DNA of 64,000 nucleotides from Diadema antillarum (Eukaryota), in assembly GCF_040938485.1 (NCBI RefSeq), contig NW_027271365.1:1550001-1614000 (forward strand), written 5' to 3'. The notes under the pieces are model-generated. The model was not told the origin of the DNA, searched no databases, and saw only the letters and a program-made list of their open reading frames with translations. Positions 51,005 through 63,005 of this stretch are shown here, one piece after another. Within the stretch, counting starts at the first letter, position 1. Each line of letters begins with the position of its first letter. Position numbers and translations under genes: made by a program.

Positions 51005-51072
51005 GTCGCCGATCGGCGACCATGGCACGTCAGGACTATGGTCGCCGATCGGCGACCATGGCACGTTAAGAG
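51005..51072. repeat. Duplicated subterminal palindromes of the piggyBac right end
   Basis: GTCGCCGATCGGCGAC (51005-51020) and ATGGTCGCCGATCGGCGACCAT (51038-51059) are perfect palindromes. Each is followed by (CA)TGGCACGT, the TIR core. Confidence 0.9.
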
Positions 51073-52094
51073 TTAATATGGGGCTAACCTCCCTTCGACT
51101 TGATATATGACCATGAGTAATTTCTTGTGCTCAGTCAAGTAAAATGAATTTCATATTTTTAATTCTGCAGAATTAAAGCTATACAAATATTACTACATAT
51201 TACATGTAAAAACATTTGCATTCTTTTAATTTTCGTTCTAGTTTCATATTGCGTGAAATGGGTGAAAATGTCAACACCTCTAAAACGTACTCTTTTACAG
51301 TAAGCCCATGAGAGGTGCTGACTGGTAAAGGAGGCATACAAGTGCATAAGCTGATCAGCAAAAACCGCAAAGTATTCAAAGGCAAAAAAAAAGAAAGAAA
51401 TTATAGAAATGCAATATTCTTTAAGACTGAGAAAAGATGACACATCAAAAATCATTCTTGTTTGTCACTCAGTTTACTACATTGTGTACACAGCCGTATG
51501 TGCCATCACTAGCACATGTGGGGCCTTTTCTACAGACAGTAACAACCAATCGGAAACATACTCCAGTACATGGAAAACCATTGCATTTGTAAATCAATAT
51601 CATGATTAATTGCAAATCCTTGTGATGGGGGTGGGGGGGGGGGGGGGGGAATTGCTTGTCTGATAACCTAGGCTCTTCACGACTACGATTTGTATTTCCG
51701 GAGTCCAATATTAGGAGATTACTCATTATATTGAACTCAGGATTCCTCAATCACACTTCACTGTCATGCATCATCATCATCTCATTGTTCTTTAAACCCT
51801 TTCTATACCAGGGACTTTGAAAAGTGTGTACAAAGCTATAGGGTTCTTGGTACCAATTAGCTCTCCTAGCACTAAAAGGGTTATCAAACTGCTTAATGGG
51901 ACTAGGCAGCCAATGCATTCAATCTACAGGGTGCTACCACATGTCAGATGCAATGGGGCAATACTGCTCCATGGCACACACACAGCTGACCAAACAGATT
52001 AGTATCATTTGATGCTGCCACTGCCAATCACAAAAGCCACGGTACCGCAAGAGATACAAGGATGTAATGAGAGAAGTGGATGACTATCACTCAC

Positions 52095-52161
52095 CTCAAC
52101 TTCAGACTGGGCTTCAAACACATGGCACTGGAATGACTTGGATATGGAACAAGTTGTGTCT
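52095..52161 (-). CDS. Exon of PTB/PID-domain protein (downstream exon): (G)DTTCSISKSFQCHVFEAQSEVE
   Basis: Acceptor TTTTCAG and donor GTGAGT. The 67-bp exon (1+66) completes the GG|A codon left by the 54012-54157 exon. F-x-C-H-V-F is the typical last PTB beta-strand. Confidence 0.85.
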
Positions 52162-54011
52162 CTGAAAACCAAAAGAAACCCATTCAGTCTATTAGAATCA
52201 GGGATATAATACAGATCACAGAAAAATTGATTGCAGTCCCAATTAAGATGATACCAGCTAAAGTCATGGAAGCTCATTTAAGAAATAATGATAATTGAAA
52301 ACTACTGCCTTTTCATTGATCATGCATCGGAATAACAAAATACTCCTCAAAATATTTCCCATAAGCAGGTGATACATTAAATCTCGACTCTAAGAATGAC
52401 ATCCTTGATCTACTCAGGTGAGCTGGTTACTTCTACAAATGAATTTCACAGCTAGTGCATTCTGAGAAATACACCACCTTCACATACCAGAGCTCTCAAT
52501 AGATACAAGTATCAATGATATAGACATGGCTAGCACCACATTATCAAGTGTGTGTGTGTGTGTGGGGGGGGGGCACTTCAGACTTCTGGCGCAACTTCCG
52601 GATTTCATCAGCTAACAAGCAGAAAAAGAAAGAAGAAAAAATAAAAATAAAAGGCCAGCGCAAATGCTGTAAGGTGCCACTTCTGGGTTTCTTCAGCTGA
52701 CAAGCAAAAAAAAAGTCTTCAGCGCAAAAATGAATAGATCGTTTCTTTCTAGAGCCACTTACGCACTTCCGGGGTAAAAAAAAAGTGTGTGGGGGGGGGG
52801 GGCCAAACGTGGTGACTTCTTTTGTATTCCTTTGTATGTGGCAAAAAAGTGGCTCCCCGGTTCTGCCAGCCCTGATAGATACTTAATGGCAGATGTCTTT
52901 GGCAGCTCTGCCCCTGATAATGTGACAGTGACCAGCTGATCATTAGAGGTAAAAACCAGTCATTAGCACGGATTCCATGAATCCCACATTTCACAGATTC
53001 CATGAATCCCACATTTCACAGATTCATGGAATCAACTGTCGCATCGTATGTTTTATGCAAATAATAGAATTATGAAAATGATAAAAATGGTGAAATTTTA
53101 ACATATGCCATCACATGTCCTGTAACATGAAGGCATACTTCCTGTTCAAAACTTCACATACAAGGAATTCACTGATGAACAGCCATGTACAAATTCACTG
53201 GAGGCATTTTGGCCATACATGGCTCAAATTCCAAACACATGATGGAATAAGCAAGTATGTACGTGAATGTGAGCAACTATTTTCAGTAAAACACTTTTAT
53301 GTGACAAATAGCACATACACTGTATGATTGCAGATATTCTGAGAATCATTTAACTATTAAAGAAAAACAATCATCACCCAATCAGCTTGATTAGATTTTG
53401 TTCTCTTGGCTATCATTAGCAGTGAATGATGGTGAATGTAATCACGACTTTAAATAACATCAAGGAAACCTGAGCCACATCCATTCCCCTTCCCCCCCCC
53501 CCCCCCCCCGCCATATTGAAATGCATACGACATCCTAAATGAAAACTGGAGTATTTTGAAGCACATTTATAACAGTAGTTTCCACAAGAAATTGGAAATT
53601 CAATACACTACAGTCATGCATTAGAAAATTCATTCAAAATGAATGCTTGAGTATCTTTAAGTACATCGTGGTAGTGAGTTCTACAAAAAAAACTGAGATG
53701 GAAATTTGATCTAGCACCTTCATGTCTCAGAAAATTCTGATAACATCACTTGCCTCAGTGGCACAATTTGATACAGGCTTGCCTTTTTTGCTCTCTCATA
53801 TTGGCAGGTTTGCTGTGTTGTTTCACTTTGTGTTGAGCTTTTACAGGTGAAGATGAAAAAATGCAACAGAAACAAACATCATATTACCCTAAGGACGGGC
53901 ATTCATAACTTGGACATCCACAAAAGATGACTGGGGAGGATAAGGTAGATCCTGTTTCCATGGAAATGTGGTTTGCCTTGACAAGCATACAGCCAAGGAC
54001 TTCCTACTCAC

Positions 54012-54157
54012 CCGACCACGAAGGCAAAGCACTTGACGTGGTCCATGCGCCGGCCGCAGGACGAGATCTCGGGATAGCTGTGCTTCATCAGCATCGCCTT
54101 CGTTTCATCCAAGTCATACACCATGACCAGCGTCTCGCCGAGCTCCAGAATCATGTT
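54012..54157 (-). CDS. Exon of PTB/PID-domain protein: NMILELGETLVMVYDLDETKAMLMKHSYPEISSCGRRMDHVKCFAFVVG
   Basis: GC-rich, codon-biased 146-bp exon with CAG acceptor and GTGAGT donor. EISSCG…FAFV resembles the PTB core (compare TBC1D1-type EISFCSQG…HFGFI). It splices in phase to 52095-52161. Confidence 0.88.
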
Positions 54158-55377
54158 CTGTCATGTTGTCATGGTAACAAAGTACAGGAAGACAGACAGA
54201 CGAAAAGAAAGAGGAAGTCACGGCTAGGAGCAGGTGTATGTGAGTAAGCTCTGCGATAATTAGGTGATACGTCATCAGTGTATCACCTGTTGTATCTGTA
54301 TGGATTCTTCCTTTTTTCCCCCTTTCTCTCTGATGAATATTGTGAATGAAGTAGCTCAAAAATGACTTGACCAAATAACATGAAATTTTCAGTCATCGTA
54401 TGACATGTCAACATCTCGATAAAGAAAACTTTTCGTAATATTAACTTCAAATTGAAATTCCAAATCCTTCATTCCCTCAATTGCATAGCACTGCCTTCCT
54501 TAACTAGCGAGAAAGGAAAATGGACTTGACATAAAATATATTACACAAAATCCATCTTGCAATCATGTTATTTTGATCCCGACACCGGAAGATTCTTTAA
54601 TCTCCTTCTTGCCTTTTTTCAAAAATCTCCTTCTTGCCTTTTTTGAAAAAGCACAGATGAATTTCATATCATTGTAGCTCCATAAAGACTATCTCATAAA
54701 CTTGCTTTGTTTGCAAGATGCCAGGTCATGGATTTCCAATGTACATTTGATTGTCACCCTTCTTTCTCTCTTTTCTTTTCTCTATGGTTGCTCTTGTTCT
54801 AGTATAGTCCAGATTCTGGACGTTTTCTAGCATTACGCATCCACGCGCCGCTCCACAGCTTATCGCGCTATCCCCTGTAACCGCTCGATGCCAACAAACC
54901 TGTCCGAAAAAAACGTCCAGAATGGTTTGACAGTGCGTAGGGTCAAAAGTTCATATTAGGTATGCTTACGTAATGCCCTATCTCTCGCAAGCTCATTGCG
55001 TATGCATGAAAACTAAGGGATCGATCACAGAAAAGTTATGTGGGATCGATCGATCTGCAGCCAGCTGTGTGCATTGCACCGTGAATACAGTGCGATCTGC
55101 AACAATTACTAATTATGTGCACAGAGATGCCTGCATTTTTGCACAACACACATTATCACAATCAAAGAGCCAACTCTTTGATCACAATGCAATGAGATAC
55201 ATGTACTCAGTTCTTCAGTGATCCGTACCATGCATTGTTGCACAGCTGATTCGTGCAACGTTTTTGACTGGCTGAAAGTTATGGTTGCAGTCATGTCCGC
55301 CCTACTTTCACGTGGTGTTTTGGACTTTGTTGTGCCCAGATTCGATGATGACTTGAATATTATTCTTGAGATTGAAA

Positions 55378-55560
55378 ATGGCGAGCTACAAATCGCCAGC
55401 TCGCCGATGTATGATTTGTGATGTGCCACTTCTAACGTCCAAACACTACATAAAACTGCAAAGAACTATGTGAAGGTCGTGAGATGTGGACCTCAAGAAA
55501 AGTTGGAAGATTTGTTTGGCGATGTTATTGTTGGTAAAGGGGATCAATATGTTTTTTTTT
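55378..55560 (+). pseudogene. Probable 5' remnant of the Academ transposase-side ORF
   Basis: MASYKSPARRCMICDVPLLTSKHYIKLQRT (CxxC), then after a frameshift CGPQEKLEDLFGDVIVGKGDQ. Lies ~570 bp inside the left TIR, convergent with the helicase. No catalytic residues seen. Confidence 0.4.
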
Positions 55561-56240
55561 TTTTTTTTGAGGGGGGTGGATTGTGCCGATCATATTCATT
55601 AAAAGAAATAATTTTGTCATCAATTATTCTTCCTTAATAATATTGTATGATGAAATGTTCAGAAATTAAAGAAATTCTTTAATTGACATAGGCACTTGTG
55701 GCCCACTAAATAACAATGTAATTTTGTAATAAGCTCAGGGCTGTGAGATGTAGGTTCTATGAACCGCTACTTAGCTATGGTATACAAGATATCAAGCATA
55801 TTCTGATCAGGGGTGGTGGAGGTGAAGGGGATAGGGTACAACCACATTACACAATTTGTAGTGCAAAGTTGTGAAGTACATGTAAGGAACCAGAAGGTGC
55901 CTTATTTAGAGAGCAGTCTAAATTTAAAGAATTGTGCTAAGTTTGTACAACTTTTATAATTTTATTACCACTTCATGTAGGGCCTACTGGGCAGTTAGAC
56001 CGACACTATTCACTTTGGTAACTTCTGTAACAGAGACAATCAGACCAATATCCCTGTTGTAAGAATACCCCGTCACTCAGTTTTTTGTTTGTTAGTCTTC
56101 ATGATAGTACAGCTAAACTTAGTAAACCAAGATGAAGACGCTTAAGAGCATTTTTGCTAGAGATATTGGTCCATTTGTCTCTGGCATTACAAGTGAACAG
56201 TTTTTGGTTGAACTGCCCTTCTGCATATGCATATAAAGGT

Positions 56241-56244
<4 letters not shown>

Positions 56245-56290
<46 letters not shown>
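56245..56290. repeat. (TA)n microsatellite
   Basis: TA run adjoining the MITE at 56291. Confidence 0.9.
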
Positions 56291-56294
<4 letters not shown>

Positions 56295-56981
56295 ACCGTG
56301 CACCTCAAAACGAACATAAAGTCGCACACACTGATTTTGCGTGAGGACTGAAAATAAGTGAAATGGGTCAACCTAGCCGAACTTGACTTTTTCATATTTT
56401 CTGAAAGAGCGGGTCTTCTTTTACATTATGCTAAAATTTGGTATCATAAAACGGCCAGGAAAGTGCGTTTTTTAGCAGTTTATCTCGAACATTCTTGGTA
56501 GAATAGTGTGATTAGGTGTGTCTTTAGAATCCCTTTTTCATTTCTGAAAAACCTTGTCCACACTCTTCCCTTTCAACTCTAATAACTTTTGAAAGGATAG
56601 TGCTACTGCTTTGAAAGTTGGTGTTAATTATGGACAGAATGTGTTAATGAGGCATGCTTAATTTCAATTTAATCCAATAATCCCTTCATTGTCGTTACTC
56701 TGGTTGTTTACTTCCTGTTTTTTGTCCCATTCATCACACAGCCAACACGGTTTGGTAAAGATTAACCGCTTGAATAGACACTGTACTTCAGAGCCTCTTT
56801 TCTCAGTTCACACTTTTTCCTGAGTTTGTACTTTCTTTCCAATATTTAGATAGGTTAGGAGAGTCCATTTGATTTGAGTTATACATCATTTTAAAGCTTA
56901 ACGTCTGTTCTTTCAGAATATGGTCTGAACTAAAAATTAATGTCTGGCGACTTTTTGTTTGTTTTGAGGTGCAGGGTCACA
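56291..56981. mobile_element. Non-autonomous TIR element inserted in (TA)n, nested in AcademH
   Basis: ~35-bp TIRs TGTGACCGTGCACCTCAAAACGAACATAAAGTCGC / GCGACTTTTTGTTTGTTTTGAGGTGCAGGGTCACA, with TATA on both sides. Confidence 0.85.
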
Positions 56982-57139
56982 TATATATCTTCCTCTTTTT
57001 TTGGCAAACCATACCTGTATTTGCTCAAAATAGTAGCTCCATGTACATATACATTATCAAATAAGTAGGCCTATTCATATCAAAAGACAGTCTGACAAAG
57101 CAACTTGTTTTTTTCTAATTCACAAACATTTAAGGGGGA

Positions 57140-57211
57140 TATCAGTGTGAAATTATGCTTGGGAAATGTGTGGGCCATGCACACAACACACACAAACACA
57201 TACACGCATGT

Positions 57212-57246
<35 letters not shown>

Positions 57247-57283
57247 TACACAAACACATGCACACACACACACACACACACTC
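57140..57283. repeat. Imperfect (CA)n microsatellite
   Basis: Long CA-rich dinucleotide tract. Confidence 0.9.
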
Positions 57284-59214
57284 ACATGTTAGTAATTTGA
57301 TTAAACCCCCTATTACAAATCACATCCAAATTAAAACATTGTATATGTACTTTGTACATACAGCTGTACAGTATAGTAGACTTTATTTTTTTTCAACGTT
57401 TATGGCACCTGTAATATTGGTAAGTTTAGATTTTTTTTCAGTGTTGAGGTGTGGTCAGGAAATACATCAATTTATCACTATTGTACTTTGAAATGTACAA
57501 TGTACAGTGTACATGTACATTACACATATGTGCAAATATATGTACTGTTAAATACACTGTGTAGTCTTCATCATTTCATGTACAGTAAGAGCAGACAGCA
57601 AAGTGAAAACAAATGGACTACGAGTAGTGTAATTTGAGCATATGTACAGTATAACTTGTACATCTTTTTAATCACATTACTTCTTAAGCCTTCATTATAA
57701 AAATTTGGCCATGATGGTAAAACTGTTAATGTTGTACCAACTACCAAGGAAGTTTCAAAGCTAGCATCCCACTCCCAACTGTCAATAATGAGTTCAAAAA
57801 GTTGTCACTCTGGGAAGGACATTCAAAATAATTCCTCAGGTGTATAAGTGTCTTTAAAGTTGGATATTCTGTGCCACCAAGTACTCATAAGGAACTGAAA
57901 TTAAATGTTCTATAGTTTATAAAATATTAGGCATATTTCAGTTGTTTCTCCATGCTCTTGAAATTCCTTCATTATACACTTTCATTTGTACATGTACATG
58001 TACAAGTACTGTAATATACAATACACTGTATATTCATGATAGTTCATGATCATTGTTCAACAACAGTGCATTATTTCATACAAAATACATTGTAAACTGT
58101 TTGACTCTGAATTTTGATGTCAGAGAAATAATTTGATATGTCACATTTCAGTCTGATTACCATGTGTAGTAGACTCTCATTACACATCAAAAATACAGGA
58201 TTAACACAAACTGGTTACAAGTTATGACAAAGAAATCTTTGTTTTTTCATTTGTTGCGCTTTACAATTCTTGGTTTAAAAAAAAATGCTTCGAAGTTCAA
58301 AAAAGAAAATAAATTCATTGCCACACAGTTCAAACTATAGGTAAAAATGTTCATGTGCATTAACAGAACTAGTTTTAGTTTTATCAAAATGGGCCAAAGA
58401 ACATACTGTACTTCTCATGAATGATTTTGTATGTAAAGAAAGTATTATATGTAAACAAGTTCTTGGTAGTTGTACAACTCAAAAACACACTCTACACATT
58501 TGTACACTTGTATGTACATGTATGCATAGATGAACATGCGATGTACAATTACATGTGCAGACAAACAGCATTTTCAGTTCAATTTTCAAACACCCACCCA
58601 AACACCCAAAACACACAGCCCATCCCCACTTGGCATGGTCTGTATGTACATGTACATGTAATCCACTACATCACAAAAACACAACCTTGAAATAAAATAT
58701 TTCAACTTTTCCATAATTTTATCACTTGTAATTATGATATGTACCCATCAACATGTCCAATGAAAATCAATGAAAATATTCACGCCTAAAAAACAAAGTA
58801 CAGTATGAAAAGTAGGTGTGTACAAATGTACATTGTATTTGCTTAGATTTATGAATAAGAGCAAGGTACAGTAATTGCAGTGATAAAAAGAAAATTATTG
58901 TACATGTAGCATGGAACTGCAAAAATTCAGGTACACCAGAAACCAATGTACCAACCACTCACCATTACAAACCTTAAGGAGGAAAAACACCCACAGTGGA
59001 TTCTTGTTTTAAAACAATCATATGAATTCTCTAAAAAACAATTTTCAAATCCCAAAGGTACAAGCTAAGCTACATGTACACGTGTATACGTGACATTTTT
59101 CATTAAAAAAAAAAACAATCTCAGCTACGATGTACAGCTGTACAGCTGTACATGATTCTTCATGTTACCAGTATATCTGATAAGGCCTGAAAATTGAGTG
59201 CTTGTAAAAAGTGG

Positions 59215-61060
59215 ATATAATCGTCTAGATCACTTGGGCATCCACACAAAACCGTACTGTGTACGTTGCTTACATCAACACCCAGGCCAGATGCAATGGT
59301 AGCTATCAGAACTCTGATTTCACCATCTGTTGCTAACATGCTGTCAACAATTTCCTTTTGGATATCAGTTTCCATGTTCTGGTGGTACATATAAACTTAT
59401 TAACATACCTGTGGCAACCTTCTGGAAGCAGTGCCATAAAGGTCGCGTACACATTACTGCACATTTTTCTTATCATCCTTTCACAACATGCACCATGGAT
59501 CTTCAAGTCATCTGCCAGCCACTTGAACATTGTATCTAAATCTCTTGCAGCAGACTTGACAACATGTTTTATATTTTGCTTGTCCGGCAACTGATTTACC
59601 CACACATAATTGCGAAGACCAAAGTTTTCGATGATACCGCTACGCACATCTCTGGTTGCAGTGGCTGTCAGGGCAACAGCGGGAATGACGACTTGAGTTC
59701 CGATCGTAATTCACCAAATTTTCCATACACTGCTCGAAATGCTTTGGTGTCTCCACATGCAGTCCCCCTATTTGAAAAATAAGAAAAAAAAACAGTAAGA
59801 TTAAAATAAAAAACATTTTCTACATTGCACATGTGATTTCAATAATGCCTGCAGTCTCTTCAATGCATATCGCATAGCCATAGGACTGCATAATTTTAAT
59901 CTATAGATGAACAAGTATTGTAAGGGAACATAATGTGTAAACGATTGTAACAGATACGCCGAGAGAGGGCGGAAAGAAGAACGAAAGATGGCGACTGTCC
60001 TCAGAGGACCTATGTTGATGATTCGGTACCGAAGACCGAATTAAAGTGTTCAAAAGGCAAACCCTGTCTGGTTCTAGTGTCATTCCCTGTTGTGCAAAGT
60101 TGTCCCCTTTCAGTATGAGTACATTTGCATACTGAAGCATGTTCCTATTTGAGTTTTTTCTCAATGTACATGCACATGAAGAATTAGTCTGTGGGCCACA
60201 GCGTGTGTCTCGATTGCTCCTCTGTCTGTGTAGAGGAGCAAAGCCGACGAGACACAGGCTGTGTCTCACAGATTAAAGCTAAGGCAGTAGGCCTATGTGT
60301 AATTGCATTTGTATGCGAGAAAGTTACAGTAGTTACTGTACTGTACAAAACAATTAAACCAGTGCAGTTACGGTGTTAACAATTTATTACAATTACACAG
60401 GATTTGACTCAGCTCAGTACACCTAGGAACACTCACAAGTAGAGTAGCACTGTAGTAGAAGCCTGACATGTGTTTACCCTACCCGGCCCAGAGGCCAGAC
60501 ATTTAACTACATTTAGTTTTACAATCATTTTTTTGTTGTTCAACTAGGGGCCTACAGTTACAGTTTGACATGAGACACGTAATGAAAGTTGCCTTGACGA
60601 ATCATTTGTAGAAACTGGATAGATCTAACGTTAAATGATTAGCTTACCACTAGGCCGCTTGAGTCTTCGACTTTGTCACGCAGGCCAAGCAAGATCCATA
60701 ATAGCCCTGCTCATCTGGTCCGAAATTAAAGACTTCAAAGGCATGACAAGAGCCACAGCTTTCGGAGAGTCTGGTCCATCATGTAGATCTAGTTTGCGAA
60801 GAATATCAATGCACAACGGTGCAGCTTGGAAGTTGGAACACCACACTATTGCCGAAACCAGTCGGCATGGAGGTAAACAAAATCATGAGTCTATTTGACC
60901 ACGCACGGAGAAACAAATACGTGTAGTAGGGACTTCTAAGTTCTGGTTCTGCTGCTGCTCCCCGAAACCGTCAACGAATCCAAGCTTCTCAGTAGCACAT
61001 TGCATTGAATGCTCTTCTCATTATCACTGTCAGAAAAGCGACTCGGAGACGCTGATGTTG
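59215..61060 (-). pseudogene. RecQ-like SF2 helicase pseudogene of AcademH (spliced, frameshifted)
   Basis: Motif I MPTGFGNS (~60845-60868); motif Ia MPLKSLISDQM (~60712-60744); donor at 60647 and acceptor at 59768; FRAVYGKFGELRS; motif III VALTATAT (~59654-59680); MYHQ…DGEIRVLIATIASGLGVDV (motif V, ~59270-59330). Several frameshifts; motif VI not found. Confidence 0.88.
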
Positions 61061-61967
61061 ACATCCATTGATCATGTAAACAAGGTTTGGAGGAAATACT
61101 TGAAATGCTGCACAGATTTTGGTCGGAAAACGCAAGACTCGCAATCAATACGAAAAGCACATTTGTTGCACAAGCTGTATGATGTACACGCGATCCGGGG
61201 GATCCCCGATCGAGAAGTAAAAGCCACCTCGAAATTGACACGTACGATAAGTCACGATGCTTTAAATGGGCGAATATCTTTTCTACACGTATCTATCAAT
61301 TTTTTTTATTTGTAATTTTTGAATTATTTTTTTCTGTCGAAAAATAGATTTAAAATGCTGGTTATTGTGATATTTATAATTTAATTTATAACAGTTATGG
61401 AAACGAGTAGAAGTTAGTCTTAATCTTACGCACGGTTTATGTACGTTCTAATTTCATTCTCCTCTTATGATCTCTAAGATATATCATTTGAGCAATTTTT
61501 AATAAAAAGAAAAATAATTTTGAAATTCCATCAATATATGGAGAGATTAATACAAATATTGGTGTAAAATACATATGTTATATTGCTACATGCAATATAC
61601 CTGTTTGCAATAAGACTACAAGATTAGAGATCGATCGACTTTTTTCGATCCCACAAATTGCCTGCTGGACGCGATCTCATCGACCAATCAGGATGCTCGA
61701 AATGAATGAGGGGATGGGGGTGGGGCCAATTTTTTCCGAAATATTTCGGGGAGACTTGGCAAACCAGACTGGACTGTTTTGGAGGTCGAGATGCGTGCGT
61801 GCGCGGCAAATTAATACACGAGCATACGGTGGGGCATACGCGTGCTGTAGTGGTGTGTGCGCGCGGTAAATGATCACACAAAACAGTCCAGGCAGTGGAC
61901 TAGTTCTAGTACCGTGACAGGGTGGTATGCGTACGTTTACATAATTGGCCCGTGAACTGAATTAATT

Positions 61968-63005
61968 TGTTGCAGGCCAGGTGCAGCATCCCGCTCATCT
62001 CTTAGAAATGTACTTAATAAATTTGTTATTGTCAGGACTAATAATGGACTTGTAGACAGGCTGGAAAGGTATGATCCGAAGAGAACTTGGTATAGAAGGT
62101 ATTTCGTGCCACACTCCGCTGGGTGTAGTGTGTATAAAAGGGGTTCTGCCTCGTTCTGCCTTTGGAAACTGCTGAGCTTTTATTCTTGTTATGCATGCTT
62201 TCTATTGGTAGCCATAAAGGATGTTATATTGTTGATATCTGGGCAGTACAGAACGGAGCAACTACTGAAGTCTCTTGAGTTAAGTGGTAAGCGTTCAATT
62301 TGATATATCTTTTGTCTCATATTAAAATCAATCACTGATGATCAAGTGATATTTATGATATAATGACACTGTGCACCGGTATCTTATAAAGGAAGGTTCA
62401 TGCACAATGCAATCACTGGTACAATGTCATGAGTGCTACCATTGATTTCAGAGGAGAAATTGAGGTATGCCCATGTATTAGGGTGTGATTGTTTTTGAAT
62501 TCATAACATCATACACAGTGCTGCTTTGATTTCTCTGTGTCCCCTTTGAAGATGTGTAGATCACGGGCATCCGATATCTGATAATCCCCAGCGTATCACC
62601 TAACTTGTCTTCAAGTGACGAGTTTCATATCTCGCGTTTGATTTGGGAACACACGCACACACCAAAATGACTTGAAATTTGCTCACATTTAATCGATGAT
62701 AGCACCTTGTACCACAATTATTTGTGATTTGCAATTGTTGTTGCGCTTTACGAAGCAAAAACCCTGGTGAGGACAACCTCGCTGAACTTGAATCCACTAG
62801 GATACAAATAAGATATCATATTCATTGACAGTTAGTTTCCCCAACATCTCTGTTGATTGGGTAGGAAAGCATTCCAGTGGATGTGCCAATTGATACAAAA
62901 AGCGGTGTAAGGCTTATAAAGTCAGTTTGAATGGAGGATCAACAGACACTGCTATGGCCCGATTTGTAATTGATTACATAACATTACATAGCATCCACGA
63001 TAACA
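61968..63005. mobile_element. Possible solo LTR
   Basis: TGTT…AACA termini with 5-bp direct flanks TAATT (61963-61967, 63006-63010); TATAAAA near 62133. No internal retroelement genes. Confidence 0.35.

Larger units (their letters stand above)
38412..51072. mobile_element. Large (12.66 kb) piggyBac-like DNA transposon
   Basis: TTAA at 38408-38411 and 51073-51076. TIRs CTCTTAATGTGCCA / TGGCACGTTAAGAG match at 13/14. It encloses a complete piggyBac transposase ORF, and no closer TIR pair was found around that ORF. One N gap lies inside. Confidence 0.75.
54805..61902. mobile_element. AcademH-like DNA transposon (7.1 kb, decayed)
   Basis: Perfect 9-bp TSD GTTCTAGTA (54796-54804, 61903-61911). 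TAG-starting TIRs TAGTCCAGATTCTGGACGTTTT versus TAGTCCACTGCCTGGACTGTTTT. Contains a RecQ-like helicase pseudogene. These hallmarks are described for the AcademH lineage. Confidence 0.85.

Noticed and set aside
62690-62800. WIQVQRGCPHQG, resembling a LINE reverse-transcriptase motif
   Set aside because: No flanking RT motifs (no YADD) and the frame closes quickly.
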